A stretch of DNA of 64,000 bases from Sphyrna mokarran (GCA_024679065.1 JAGIQG010000023.1:24366001-24430000); one strand, 5' to 3'; shown: positions 49,535 through 62,564, counted from the stretch's first letter. Program-made: numbers and translations. Notes: generated from the letters alone by a model not told the origin.

Positions 49535-50223
49535 ATCCCTGAAAGTAGGCAGTCAAGTGGATAAAGTTGTTAAGAAGGCATATGGAGTCTTAGCTTTTAT
49601 TGGTAGGGGGATTGAATTTAGGAGCCGCAGCATCATGTTGCAACTGTACAAAACTCTAGTGCGGCCGCACTTGGAGTATTGTGTGCAGTTCTGGTCCCCA
49701 CATTATAAGAAAGATGTGGAGGCATTGGAGAGGGTACAGAGGAGGTTTACCAGGATGTTGCCTGGTATGGAGGGCAGGTCCTATGAAGAGAGGTTGAAGG
49801 ATTTGAGGTTGTTTTCGTTAGAAAGGAGGCGGCTAAGAGGGGATCTTATTGAAGCATATAAGATGATTAGAGGTTTAGATAGGGTGGACAGTGATAGCCT
49901 TTTTCCTAGGATGGAGAAAGCTAGCACGAGGGGACACAGCTTTAAATTAAGGGGTATGAGTTATAGGACGGATATCAGAGGTAGGTTCTTTACTCAAAGA
50001 GTGATTAGGGAGTGGAATGCCCTGCCTGCAGCTGTTGTAGATGCGCCAAGTTTGGTGGCGTTTAAGAGGTTAATTGATAAGTATATGGAAGAGAAGGGAA
50101 TGGTTTAGTTTGGAGGGGCATTGCTTTTTATTTTGGTCGGCACAACATCGAAGGCCGAAGGGCCTGTTCTGTGCTGTAATGTTCTATGTTCTATGTTCTA
50201 TGTTCTATGTTCTATGTTCTATG
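49535..50223 (+). mobile_element. Young 5'-truncated CR1 LINE with intact C-terminal ORF and (TTCTATG)6 tail
   Basis: ORF 49557..50108 (183 aa) is open to its natural stop and nearly identical to the 24820..25881 protein. Tail at 50182-50223. Confidence 0.97.
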
Positions 50224-50440
50224 AGAGAGGAGCTGGCCAGAGTTGATTGGAAAGGGAGCCCAGCAGGGAAGAGAATGGAATGAAGAGTTATTCGGGAGGC
50301 ACAACAGAAATTCATCCCAAGGCAGAGGAAACATGCTTAGGGGAGACGAAGGCATCCATGGCTAATGAGGAAGTCAAGGCCAGCATAAAAGCAAAAGAAA
50401 AAGCTTACAAAGTGGCAAGGATTAGCAGAAAGCCAGAAGC
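50221..50440 (+). mobile_element. Older CR1 ORF2 linker fragment
   Basis: MREELARVDWK...AQQKFIP...HPWL..VKASIKAKEKAYKVAR, the region between endonuclease and RT. Confidence 0.7.
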
Positions 50441-50539
50441 CGGGATCCAGATCTGTCCCTGCAACACAGAACACAAGGTTAAATGCAAGGGAGGAAGAGG
50501 AATCTGGGATGCCATTCATATGATTCACATTCCTCTATT

Positions 50540-50835
50540 GAACATAGAAGAAACAAGAAAATTACATCATAGGAACAGGGCCTTCGGCCCTCCAAGCCTG
50601 TCGCGATCAGGTTGCCCATCTGATTTGTAACCCCCTACCTTTCCAGGGAATATATATCTTTGTTCCTATCCCATTCACCTGGCTGTTGAGATACCTCTTA
50701 AAAGTCATTATCGTATCTGCACCCATAACCAGCTCCAGCAGTGAATTCCAGGCACCCACTACTCTTTCTCTGCAAATAAACATGTATCGTACATCTCTTT
50801 TAAACCTTGCCCCTCGCACCCATAATTCGTGCCCC
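50540..50835 (-). mobile_element. CR1 3' fragment
   Basis: VRGARFKRDVR...RVVGAWNSL...FKRYLN in ORF 50607..50942; tail hairpin gggccttcggccc. Confidence 0.8.
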
Positions 50836-51009
50836 CAGAAGTTGCCTCGAAGTGATTGAAGGAATGACAGGTATTCACAATCTTGACCAATCATGCTGTC
50901 ACTGACTGCCCGCATCTCCCCTTCTCCGGAAAATTCCAGCACACACTCCTCAGTGGGGGTGAGGACCCAGAAGTCTGACTCACCACCCCCTGTCTTTGCC
51001 TCTCAAGGG

Positions 51010-51715
51010 TGTTGTGCTTGGTCTTCTTCTGAGAAGACAGAAGGAGCCATGAAAGAAATTCTTAAAACATACTCTCTGTAGCAAAGCCTTGGTTGATGTC
51101 ATTGTGGGGGAGAGAAAATCTTTGGCCCTGTCAGGTGATAGAAGCTTCCTTCAGCTTTCAGTTTCATTTTAGAAGCTGTGTTAGAGGCATAGCTAAAAGA
51201 AGTCTCTTTTTCTCTGTTTTTATTTTGAAACTTTTACCATTTAGCTGAAAGCACACCTTGTTTGCCATTCTACAGTAAAGAATCTGTGTTTTGGGGCACT
51301 GGTGACTACAAACTGCTCTGAGTTTTCAAGATCACTTGAAATCAGCATTGAACCCAGGGAACAGCATTCCAGCATTATGTGAGCTTTAACCTGTACAGTG
51401 ATAAATCTGTCCAGAGGGTTTTGCTTATTGGACATTGGTTTTGATTGGAACATCTGATATATATTGGTTAAGGGTTATATATTATTGTGATTGTTCTGTT
51501 TTTGTTTGTAATTGATAAAAGTTCTTGCTAATTTTCTTACTATACATGTTAACTATATTCATAAGTAAGCTTTGATAAAAATTCTCCAGTGGGTCTTTTG
51601 AATCACACCGGAAGTGGAACATATCTTGCTTATCTTAGCCAAATTCAATGTCAAAAACTTTTGGTTTAGGTAAACTTCTTAAAACACTTTGAAGTTTCTG
51701 CCCTGACCCACAACA
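51010..51715 (+). mobile_element. Probable solo LTR
   Basis: Terminal inverted heptamers TGTTGTG ... CACAACA, about 700 bp, T-rich interior. No matching TSD seen. Confidence 0.45.
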
Positions 51716-52677
51716 ATAGTCAAAGACACTTCAGGAGGGTGATTTCTCAGTATGGGATGGGGGGAGTGGGATTTCTGCCGATACGCTCCCCATTATTGCA
51801 TGCCTCAACCCACAGTGCCAATGCCTGCCACACACACTTACACACACACACACGCTACAAACACATCTTTCCCAGTGTAAAATATCATCTTGAGCCAACT
51901 GGCTTCAGAAAGGTAACCCTGCAGCAGTAATATACTGGGAGAAGACTTACCATACTGAGTGTGAAGCTTCCACCCTTCAGGGAAAGTCCTGCCCTCAAGT
52001 GCTGCTGGTCAATCTGATTAGCTGGAAGCTGAGTAGTCCCAGGAGCCTCAGAGCTCAGTACTGCCCACTACAGGAACCATAAGAAATCCCAAGACAAAGC
52101 AGCATGGATGCTACACTGAAAGGACAGTCCAGGACTTTTGGTTGGGAAGGGATCGGGGAACCTATTGAGTAGGGAAAATAGTTTCTAGAGGCCAAGGGAG
52201 GGGAAAGTGCAAGCACAAAGGTGGGATGTGCCACTTTGACAGTAACACAATGCTTGCACCCCCGCCCCTTCAGCCCCATGCCCACCCCCTACTTCCCCCT
52301 TGCTTTCTTCCCACCTTTCAGTCTGAGTTAGTGACAAAGATGGTGGGCCTCCATAATTCCACCTTCTCCAGTCACACATTATTGCAGTTGCAGTGGAAAC
52401 ACACCCCTTAGCAGCTGTTAATTGGACAGTTGAGGACTTTAAAAGACCCAGAGAAGGTGAACAGGTTACTGCCTCACCCACCTGCTATATATTGGAGTGC
52501 TGCCATAGAGTGGGCAGAAAGGCAGTGAGCTAGCTATCCATTCTTGCTTTATGTGCTCTCCAACCGCTGGCAGAGGAGCTGTAAAATTTAGCCCTTTGAC
52601 TCAGTGGGAAGCTGCAAGTGGAAGGGCCTGGTAATGAATTTTTACTTCAATTTGCATAAAATTGCAGATCAAAGAAA

Positions 52678-54360
52678 TGATTTGCATTTATATAAGGCCC
52701 TTCACTACCACTGAGTTTCACAAAGCACTTTATGGCCAGTGAAGTATTTTTGAAGTGTAGTTACTGTCTTAATAGAAGAAACACAATAGTCAAATGCCCA
52801 CAGCAAAATACCACAAATAACAATGAGATTGTGACTAAGTAATTATTTCTTTGAAAAGAATTTTGGTTGAATGATAAATACTAGGGAAGCTCCTCTTCAA
52901 ATAACATTGCAGGTTCTCCTGAGAGGTCAGACTAGGCTTTAGTTTTCAACAGTGCTATCAAGCCACAACTGCTCGGCAATAATCAGTGACATCCAGTTTT
53001 GGATTTTGCATGGGTCACTCAGGTTCTGAGCTCATTACAGCTTTGGTTCAAACATAGATAAAAGAGTTGTATTCCAGAGACAAGGTGAACGTGACATCCT
53101 TGACATCAAAGCTGCATTTGACCGAGTGAGGCATCAAGGATCCCTAGTGAAACTAGAATTAATGGATATCTTGGGGCATACTCTTTGCTGTTGGAGTCAT
53201 ACACAGGAAGATGATTGTGGTTGTGGAAGATCAATCATCTCGGCTCTACAACATTTCTGCAGGATTCCTAGACCCAACAATCTTCAGCTGCTGTGTTATC
53301 AATGACCTTTTCTCCATCGTGAGGTCAAAAATGAGGATGTTCGCTGATGATTGCACACCGTTCAGCACCATTCATGACTCCTCAGATACTGAAGCATTCC
53401 ACCTTCAAATGTAACAAGATCTGGACAATACCCAGGATGAGGCTAACAAGTAGCAAATAACATTCACACCACATGAATGCCTTGGCAATAACCATCACAG
53501 ATAAGAGACACTCTAACCTTGACATTTAATGGTATTACCATCATTGAGTACCCCCACTGTCAACATCCTTGGAGTTACCACTGATCAGAAACTCAATTGT
53601 ACACACCACATGAACACAATGGCTACAAGAGCAGAGGCTAGGGATACTGTGGCGACTAACTTACCTCCTGACTCCCTGAATCCTATCCATCATCTACAAG
53701 GCAGAAGTCAGGAGTGTGATGCCTCCATTTACCTGGATATGTGCAGCTCTCATATTGACAACAGTCAAGACGCTTGACAATATCCAGGACATAGCAGCCC
53801 ACTTGATTGGCACCGCATCTATAAGCATCCACTCCCTCCACCATCTACACTCAGTAGCAGCAGTGTGCACTATCTACAAGTTGCACTGCAGCAACTTATC
53901 AAAGATCCTTAGCATCTTTCAAATCCACAACCAAATCTATCCACAAGGACAAGGGCAGCAGATACGCAGGAGTACCACCACTACCAGCAAGTTCCCCTCC
54001 AAACCATTCACCATTCTAACTTGGAAATAAATTGTCTTTCTTTCGCAGTCATTGGGTCAAAACCCTGGAATTCCCTCCTGGATGGCATTGTGGATCAACC
54101 CACGGCACATGGACTGCCGCAATTCAAGAAGGCAGCTCACCACCACCTTCTCAAGGGCAACTAGAGATGGGCAATAAATGCTGGTCAGCCAGTGATGCAC
54201 ATGTCCCACAAATAAATAAAAAAATCCAAAGATGGCACATCCAAAAGTGCAGCACACTCTTGTGCCACACGGGAATGCCACTGAGTGGCACTGGAGTAGG
54301 GCTTGATTTCACAGCTTTCTGATTCAGAGACAAGAGTGCCAGTGCTCACCCAGGGCTGAC
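52678..54360 (-). mobile_element. Old DeuSINE-like (SacSINE1-type) element split by a LINE
   Basis: 52678-52950 carries the L2-type tail and body (ttgcatttatata...gaagtatttttgaagtgtagttactg). 54226-54360 continues it (aaagatggcacatccaaaagtgcagcac...ttctgattcagag). A more decayed + copy lies at 41600-41915. Confidence 0.6.
52950..54225 (+). mobile_element. CR1-group LINE RT and 3' end (partner of SINE family 2)
   Basis: LDIKAAFDRV.HQG...MIVVVEDQSS...INDL...MFADDCT...NILGVT.DQKLN...LDNIQD.AAHLIG. Ends gggcaataaatgctggtcagccagtgatgcacatgtcccacaaataaataaaaaaa. Confidence 0.85.
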
Positions 54361-55199
54361 ATTAAACAAATACATTATGAAATAATGGGAATCCTAAGGG
54401 GAGATAACTCAGAACATACAAAATAACTAATAAAGCTATAAAGTAGATGCATTTTGAAGGATGCTAGGGTTTTTGTTTAATTAACTTAGGTGTAGAATTG
54501 ACTTTATGAAGGAGAAGCAAGTTTGCTAGTAATTATAATTAGGTGTTTTAAATACTTTGTAGCTTTAAAAGTACCTGTAATGCTGTTAATTAGTCCATAC
54601 ATATAAATATATCCTCTGTACATTTTTTGAAGTTAAAGAAACTTTGATATACAGCTACAGAGTGCTCCTTTGATACTAAACATATGTTAGATAAAGTCCT
54701 TTAAAGCACCCAACTGTTGGAATCACAAGGCCATAAAGGACACTTAATTACCTCACTAGACATCAGAAACAGTTGATACAAGAGTGAGTTTTAATGGAGC
54801 TAAGCTCAACTTAGACATTAATGTCTAAGCTAACAAAAGAGTTATAAAAGGGAACTTAGTGGCAACTGACAAGAATTAATGGTAACATGATGACACCCCT
54901 CAAAATTGTAGGACTGATAAAAAGTTCAATCATTGAATTGATAAGGAATATTTACATGTGTTTTATTATGTTGGCAATAAACAAACTTAGCAGGGCTATA
55001 ATCAGAGAATATTCTGAAGGCAAGATGAATTGACCATATCCCTTAGAGATTCAGTTAACTTCACTGACAAGATCATAAAATACTAATAGCTTTTGTAGGC
55101 CCCTTTTATCGACTAAAGGATGCTCATGTGAGACTGTTTCAGTGAAGATGCTTTGTGAGGCTGTTATCAAAATAGAGACAGGATGTCTGACTAAGAGAC

Positions 55200-55793
55200 T
55201 AAAGTTGTCTACCTGATACACTGTAGGAAAGGATGTTCTGAGGCATGATACATTGGGGAGACCATGCAGATGAATGAACACTGCTTGACAATCACTAGCC
55301 AAGATTATTCTTTTCCTGTTGGGGGATACTTCAGCGGTCACAGGCATGCGGCCTCTGATCTTTGGGTGAGCTTTGTCCAAGGCAACCTTCACAATACACG
55401 ACAGCGCACAGTCGCTGAGCAGAGACTGATAGCCAAGTTCTGCACACATGAGGACAGCCTCAACCGGAATCTTGGGTTCATGTCACCCTATCTGTAACCC
55501 CCATGATTTCCCTAGGCTTCCAAAATCTCACTAACTGTCCTGTCTGGAGACAATAGACATCTCTTTAAACTGTGCTTAACCCTCTCTCCACTCACATTGT
55601 CTGAGATTTGATTACCTGTAAAGACTCGAATTCCAACATTATTTTGTAAATTGGGTTTGTGTCTTTATATGCCTTGTTTGTGAACAGGACTCCAACTTGC
55701 CTAACATAGGAACAGCAAGCGCTGTGAAAGCTAGTGGCTTTTGCTACAAAATAAACCTGTTGGATTTTAACCTGGTGTTATGAGACTTTTTAT
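55200..55793 (+). mobile_element. Penelope-like element 3' fragment (GIY-YIG plus pLTR), no inverted arm; 8-bp TSD
   Basis: VVYLIHCRKGCSEA*YIGETMQ..MNEH..AEQRLIAKFCTHEDSLNRNLGFM. The pLTR matches 18482-18790 reversed. TSD taagagac at 55192-55199 and 55794-55801. Hammerhead core decayed near 55700-55736. Confidence 0.9.
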
Positions 55794-56819
55794 TAAGAGA
55801 CAAGAGGACAGGCTTAGGGATGATATGTTGGTATCCCACAAAGTATCCTGATCTCATAGATCGGGGACGGGGTGGGGGGGGGTGGTTCAGTACTTTTTCT
55901 ACTGGATCAATATGTAAAGTATGTAATTTGTAACATTTTTGATTGGATTGTGTCCAACTGACACTGAGCTACAGAATTGTATAAATCAGGATGATTTTCT
56001 TTGTCTGGTGGAGTGTTGTCTCTGACCATTGTGTCAAGAATCTCCCCCCTTGCTAGCAAGTAAAATAAAGACAACCTGTTGGTTAAGTATCTTATGTTAA
56101 TGTGTGTTTGCGTTAAAATCAAACTTGCAAGTGGAGATCTCAATACTTTTTTTAAATCAACTTTCAAACACATAAATACAGGAAATTTGATTATAATACA
56201 TGTGCCTGGTATCAACAGAATGATCTGATAGTGTTATACTTAATGAAGATGTCCTAAATCCCAAGATATACCAGATCAAGTGATTAATGTTGTGTTGTAC
56301 TTCTATTTGTGAAATACAGACAATGACACATGCCTTGATCAACAGAACAAGTAACATGTTCATTGCATATAAAAAAAACTTCTAAAGCTTTGACAGTAAA
56401 CATTTTCTGCACTAGGAAGGAAAAATTGTCCAACAAAAATAACCACAAATCAACTTTGCACAAGGGGGGCTGCTCTGAGGGAAAATTTCCTTGTAGATTA
56501 AGAATGGAATCTTGTGCCTTCCACTGTGGCAAGTTTGATGGAGGAGAACATTTAATGAGGTGGATGATGCAGTGTACAGATTCTGCCATCTTTTTTGCCT
56601 CCACACAGATTAGGTTTAAGGCAGGAAGGCTTCTAGGACACCCAATTAAGCCCAATTCATGCCCACTTTAGGATTTTGTCTCACTACTTCTGGTATTAAT
56701 TTGATGGCAAGTAGTGGTGTTGCTCAGCCTGACCAAGGATTGGCATCAAGAAGGGTATTAGTTCCACTAATTATATTTTAAGGAAGAATCCTGTGTCTTA
56801 AAACAGGCTTATTTTCAAG

Positions 56820-57135
56820 GTAGCAAAGCAAAGTGATAGACCCTCCCAGTTTCTCCTCCCCTCAGTGTTCCAGTTGTTGAACATAACCAATTAAACTCAA
56901 ATACACCAACTATGGGACAAATCAAAGCAGCAGCCCCCTTAAAGAGACACTGCATCAAACATAAACAAATGGCTAAGAAAACTGAAAACATCAAATCAAA
57001 GTATGGATAAAGGAGTCAATAAGACATCCTGGTCCATCAGGTACAGAATGCCTTAATGGTGTCAATAGGCACCACATGCACTCACTCTCTTCAGGGACAC
57101 TAAAACCCAAAGCCACATAGCAAGACAGACATGGA
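56820..57135 (-). mobile_element. Possible Tx1/L1-type LINE 3' fragment within a Harbinger-like MITE
   Basis: Reverse complement gagtgcatgtggtgcctattgacaccattaaggcattctgtacctgatgg resembles Tx1 ORF2 C-termini. Family resemblance only. Confidence 0.35.
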
Positions 57136-60100
57136 GTTGAACAATTCCATTCATTACTTGCTACCTGAACCTGTGTCTATTTATAGATGGGCCAAAATCC
57201 ATCACCTGTTTATCAATGCAATTGACTTAATGATGTAATTGATATTAAACTTTCCTAATATAACTGCCGTTTAACAAAATGATTTTTCATTGGATCTTAA
57301 CAGTGTGATTAATTAGACATTGGTGAGGGGTGTGGTTAGACCTCTGAAAGCCACATTCTGCCTTTGCTGTATTTTCCCCTTTCCCACAAACCGATTCCTG
57401 CATCCCTCTCACCATCATCACTCATTGCCTTGGTACTTTCCAGAGTGGCACATGCCACCACCTCCCTGGTGGTATTACTGAGTGCAGAAGAGCTTTCAGC
57501 CTCTTATTGACCTGTAACTTTTGATCAGCAGGCTAATCACTCCTAGACTCTGTGACCCTGGGGTGATAAGCCATTGGCCTGTTAAGTACCTCAGTAGCAT
57601 AAAATGCAGCAGGCCTTCTTGACACCAGGGTCTCACCAGCTCACCATGAGGTGACCAAAACCCCTTTTTGTTCCATGGGATCCTGTCCTTAGAGCAGGTT
57701 AAGATCATAGAATCTCTAGAAGAAGGAAGGCCATTTAGTCCATCGAGCCTACCAGAGCCCTATTACTGTAACCTCTTGTATTCATCCTGCTAAACCCCCT
57801 GATATTAAAGGGACAATTTGCCATGTGCAATGCACCTAAACCGTGCATCTTTGGATAGATTCTGGCGATTTGTGCAGTTTTGTCTCCATAGAGAACCTAC
57901 CAAGCTCACAAACTAGCCATGTGGAAACTATTTGTCTTTTTGAAAAATGAATGCAAAATCAAAGTCTTCTCATGGTTCTTAGTTCACAAGGTGCCTCCAA
58001 AGGGAATGCATTGTAAAATCTGAGTTTTCTATATAGAGACCAGGATTTTTTTTTGCCATATTGTTAAATAAATTGCAAATCTGAGAATAATCACTGTAAA
58101 AAGCATAACATGAATACTGGAATTGCTGAACCTCTTGGTGGAACTATCGAGTGATCATGACTGCACAGGGAAAATGGATTTATACTTCAATTCATTGCTA
58201 TTTTTCTCACAAGTTCAGGCATAGAGTGCCAGTACTAAACATTGAAAGGAATCTCCTACCGTGAAGATCCTGGCAAAAGACATTCAGAAAAAAGGAAATC
58301 CCAAACTAAAAGAAATTATATAGCAAGCCGATTTAAACAGTTGAATGAAAAATCACAACAACAAAAATCCTTCACACTGTTATGGGTGGGTGGCAAGACT
58401 TTGATAAATTGAACACTTCCTCCATCTCCACAATCATGTATTGTGTTAGAAGAAAGATTGATCATCACTTTAACTCAAAAGGCCAGAAGCACCAAGCTGT
58501 GTCTGTGAAACAGCTTTTGTAATGTGCAGATTTCTGAATACAGCTCACACCTACAGTCTCTGTAACCCACCAAAGAGCTCTTTGAGGTGCAACTGACCAC
58601 TTGCCTGTTATTTATTGCCATAAAATTCTGCCTTCCTGCAAGTTCTTGGGTTTGATTGTAGCTGTGACAGCAAGATAAGCATTAATATTGGCCAGTTCCC
58701 CTCCACTGGAGGAGAGGACATTAACCAGAGCTCCTGTTATCTGATCACTACCTGATGATTATTTCTTGAAGTATCATTAGCAATGACGTAGAGATGAGAG
58801 GGGTTTATTTTCTCTGTGATATCCTGAATAGTTAATTGATTCTCATGGGGTTGCAAGCAAAGAATGATCATTTGGTAATGGTACCAAAAGTCATGTCATC
58901 TGAAATATCAACATCCAATTGTTATCACTTTCAGAAGAAGAGGGAAGGATAGATAACTGGTGAGGGCGGGTGATGGGTTGGGAAATATATTCCTGCCAAC
59001 TGTCAATAAAGATATATCAATTATTATAGCATAAAAAAAATTTCAAAACATCCAATTACCAATTAGCATTACATTGAATTTCAAAAGGGACTCTAGCATC
59101 CTGTAAAAAACTTTGTAATATGGACCACTTTCAAATTATCAGTTTACAATGAAAAGGTTGTTTTAAGGACTTGGTTGATGGCTTGCTCAGTAAATCCACT
59201 GCAAGCATGAATTGAGCTCAAAAGACCCGCTAGCTAAGGTCTGAACATTTGCCTCCACTAATGAGTTGATTTCAACCAGACCAACTGCAGGAGACTTGGC
59301 TTCAACTCTATCAGGTTAGGCAGGAAAGAACATAGCCAAGGTTTCGTCAGCTCTTTGGTACCCATTGACTCATGAGAAAAACTACCCAACATGGGCATCA
59401 CATGGGAATAGTCATTGGACTCGGCTGCAATGTTAGCTCAATGCACACTTGACTAGCCTCCCCACCCTCAGTACACAATCTTATACATGAAGATTCAACT
59501 CAATGAGGTAATGTGCTACTAATACCTTTTCAGCTTCAGCGCAGCATGGTAGCACAGTGGTTATACAGTGAACCTAGATATAATGATTTGGAGACACAAT
59601 TTTCAATCACCTCACTGCCAGTAAGGAATTTAAATTCAATTAATTAATTAGATCTAATTAAAAAGCTATTATCAATAACTGTGACCATGAAACTACTGGA
59701 TTATCATACAAAACCCATCTATTTCATGAAAATCCTTTAGGGAAGAAAATCAATGGCACTTATCCATTCTGACCTGAATGTGACTCCAGACCCAAAGCAA
59801 TGATTGGCTTTACCCTGCTCTGGAAATGACCCAGCAAGCCTCTCAGTTATATTCAGTAAAGCAGTTCACCTCCATCTTTGAGGACAATTAGGGATGACAA
59901 ATAAATGCACAAATTCTGTTCCTGAAGATTTAAAAGTTTGAGTCAATATAAGGAGAGAATCAATATGAGAAAGTAGAATAATTGAAAAAAGTAATTGAGA
60001 ATCCTGAATGTGCAACTTACTGTTTGTACAAGGCTCTTAAAAATAAATCTAATCTCATTTCTGATCTTTTGAACTGGGTCACAATTGCAAGAAATCAAAT

Positions 60101-62199
60101 CAACAGGATTCACATAGGATTACAGTCCAAGTTTGTGTCCTGTACAGTATACAGATGATATCGTACAATGGGTAACATCCCTGCCTCTGAGACAGAAGTT
60201 CAGAGTTCAAGTCCAACTCCAGGACTCGATGCCGAAGGAAAGTCCTTTCACTAAATTAGCCAAACAAGTTGGGTATCAATTATGACTCCTTTGAATATTC
60301 AGCAATGGCAGATGGTGAGAGTGGGAATGATTCCTGGTCAGTCATGTGCTGCAAAGAAAATTGGACCCTCTATCATATTTTTTTGTTGTTCCAGATGACA
60401 AGGTGCATGTTAAGTATATATTGTCACAGCGATTCAGAATCCATGGGCTTAATTAGCTGATGGCCTGTATAGTTCAGATTGGTGCTGATAGCAGGGGCTA
60501 GGGTGGATTCGAGACCTTCCTCTGTGTCTTAAATATGGCAGATGCCAAGGCACTTGAGTTAGACTTGCCCTTGGGCAGAGTACTGAAGGTGTAGAAGATA
60601 TACATTATAAACAGCCCAGCTAAAAAGAGCTATAATATACTGTATTATGAAATGGAAAGTTGTAGATCAATGGCTGTTCTTTGACAAATATTTATTGATG
60701 AGTTTTAACCTTGTTATTTAAAAAATCCCAAGCAGATCCCAAACTCCTCTCTGTAGGAATTGAAAGGAAATTGCAACACTATAATATTGGGACATATTAT
60801 AACCATTATTGACCAAATAAATGGTCCTGTTAATAAGAAACAAATCTTTCTTTTTAACTGTGTCGTTCTTGTTTATAAGTTTTCAAATATATCCATTGAC
60901 TTTCCAAAATTCTAAGTTACTAATACTTCTTACTTTAGAATCTTGAGCTAAATAAGAATTAATGTCCTGTTGTGTTTCACAGAAGGAATCAAAACAAAGT
61001 CCAATCTTCAGGTAAATCAGAGTTAGAAGGTAGGGTATAATTAGAGCAGAGTCTGGAGACATAATTCAACATCCATTTAAAAGTCATACGATTATCTAAT
61101 ATGTTAGTTTATTTCTTGAAATATCATTAGATTTTATGGTCAGCAAAGTGAGGGCATTCACCATTAACCTTAAATAAAACATTGCTCAGAGATCTGACAA
61201 TACCTAGTACAAAAATTTTACTTCTCTTTGATGTGCAAGCGATTGTAGCATAGTTTATTAAGGATTCCCAATGTCAAAAGCAATGGTGTTATCAAGAATA
61301 GCCAATCATTTTTTATATGAGTGTTACTGGCTGGACCAGCATTTATTGTCCATCCCTGAGGGCATTTAAGAGTCAACCACATTGCTGTGAATCTACAGCC
61401 ACATGTAGGCCAGGCCCGGTAAGGGTGATGGATTTTTTTTCCTAAAGGACATTAATGAACCAGATGGGTTTTTACAGCAATCGACATTGATGCCATGGTC
61501 ACCATTAGACTTTCAAATCCAGATTTTTATTGAGTTCAAATTTCACCATCTGCCATGGTGGGATTCTAACCAGGATTCCCAGAGCATTAGAATAGCTTAA
61601 TGGAATTGTTACTATATAGTTATGATGGCGGCGCGGGCTCGTTGGGCCGAAGGGCCTGTTTCCCATGCTGTGTTGCTCTAAAAAAAAATTAACCTGGGAT
61701 CTCTGGATAACTAGTCCAAAAACCATACCATTACGTCACAGCCTTTCCACATTAAAGAATCTTAACAGTCAGCCACTAAGCGAAAGAAGAGAAAGTGAAA
61801 GAAAAGATTGGAACATTTACATGGGATGAAAGTGCAAACTGAAGTATCATGAAAATAGTTTTAAAAATATTTCAACAGATTATTTGTAAAATGTAATAGA
61901 TTAGTAATAGAGTCGGTTAACAATAGTCCACAAATATAACATCATCTTTTTCAGGGCCAGGTCCATTTTTATTATCACTTAGATCATTGCCGAAAAGACA
62001 CTTACACCTGATTAAACAGGATGTCACTTTTAATTTTTTTTTAACAGTGATAAATTTATAGCTTTAAAATGAAGATTAAGTTCAGCAGTGAGGATAAAAA
62101 CTGGAATATAGCGGAAGATTAAATGGAGTAAAATGGATTAATTTTAACATAGAAACAAGTGTTTCCCAGTGAGTCATTTGAGTCTATTCAACCGTCAGT

Positions 62200-62500
62200 T
62201 AGCTCAAGGTGATCTGTTGGTTCACTCACCTTAATTCCATACTCTTTATACTCTTGATTAACTGATACTAGCTAATCCTTGTTTTGAAATTTTCAATTAA
62301 GTTAACCACAACAATTTTTTGGGGAAGTGTGATTCAGATTTCCATGATTTTGTGTGAAGAAGTGCTTCCTGACATCATCCTTGAATGATCTTGCTCCAAT
62401 TTTAATTATTGCCTGCTTGTTCTGGATTCCGGCACCAGAGGAAGCAACTTCTCTCTATCTAACTTATAAAATCCCTTTAATCAACTTAAATTTCTCAAAT
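62200..62500 (-). mobile_element. Old CR1 3' fragment
   Basis: tgtgtgaagaagtgcttcctgacatc...ccagaggaagcaacttctctctatc. Confidence 0.65.
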
Positions 62501-62564
62501 AAATGATATGCAAATATTGTGGACCAGAAAAAAAATGACAATTTAAATGTTTATACCTGAGAAT

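Noticed and set aside
18482-55793. Recurring cagtaagaagtctcacaacaccagg arms as DNA-transposon TIRs or CRISPR-like repeats
   Set aside because: Linkage to GIY-YIG sequence, hammerhead motifs, asymmetric tails and variable-length TSDs indicate Penelope pLTRs. There is no regular repeat-spacer array.
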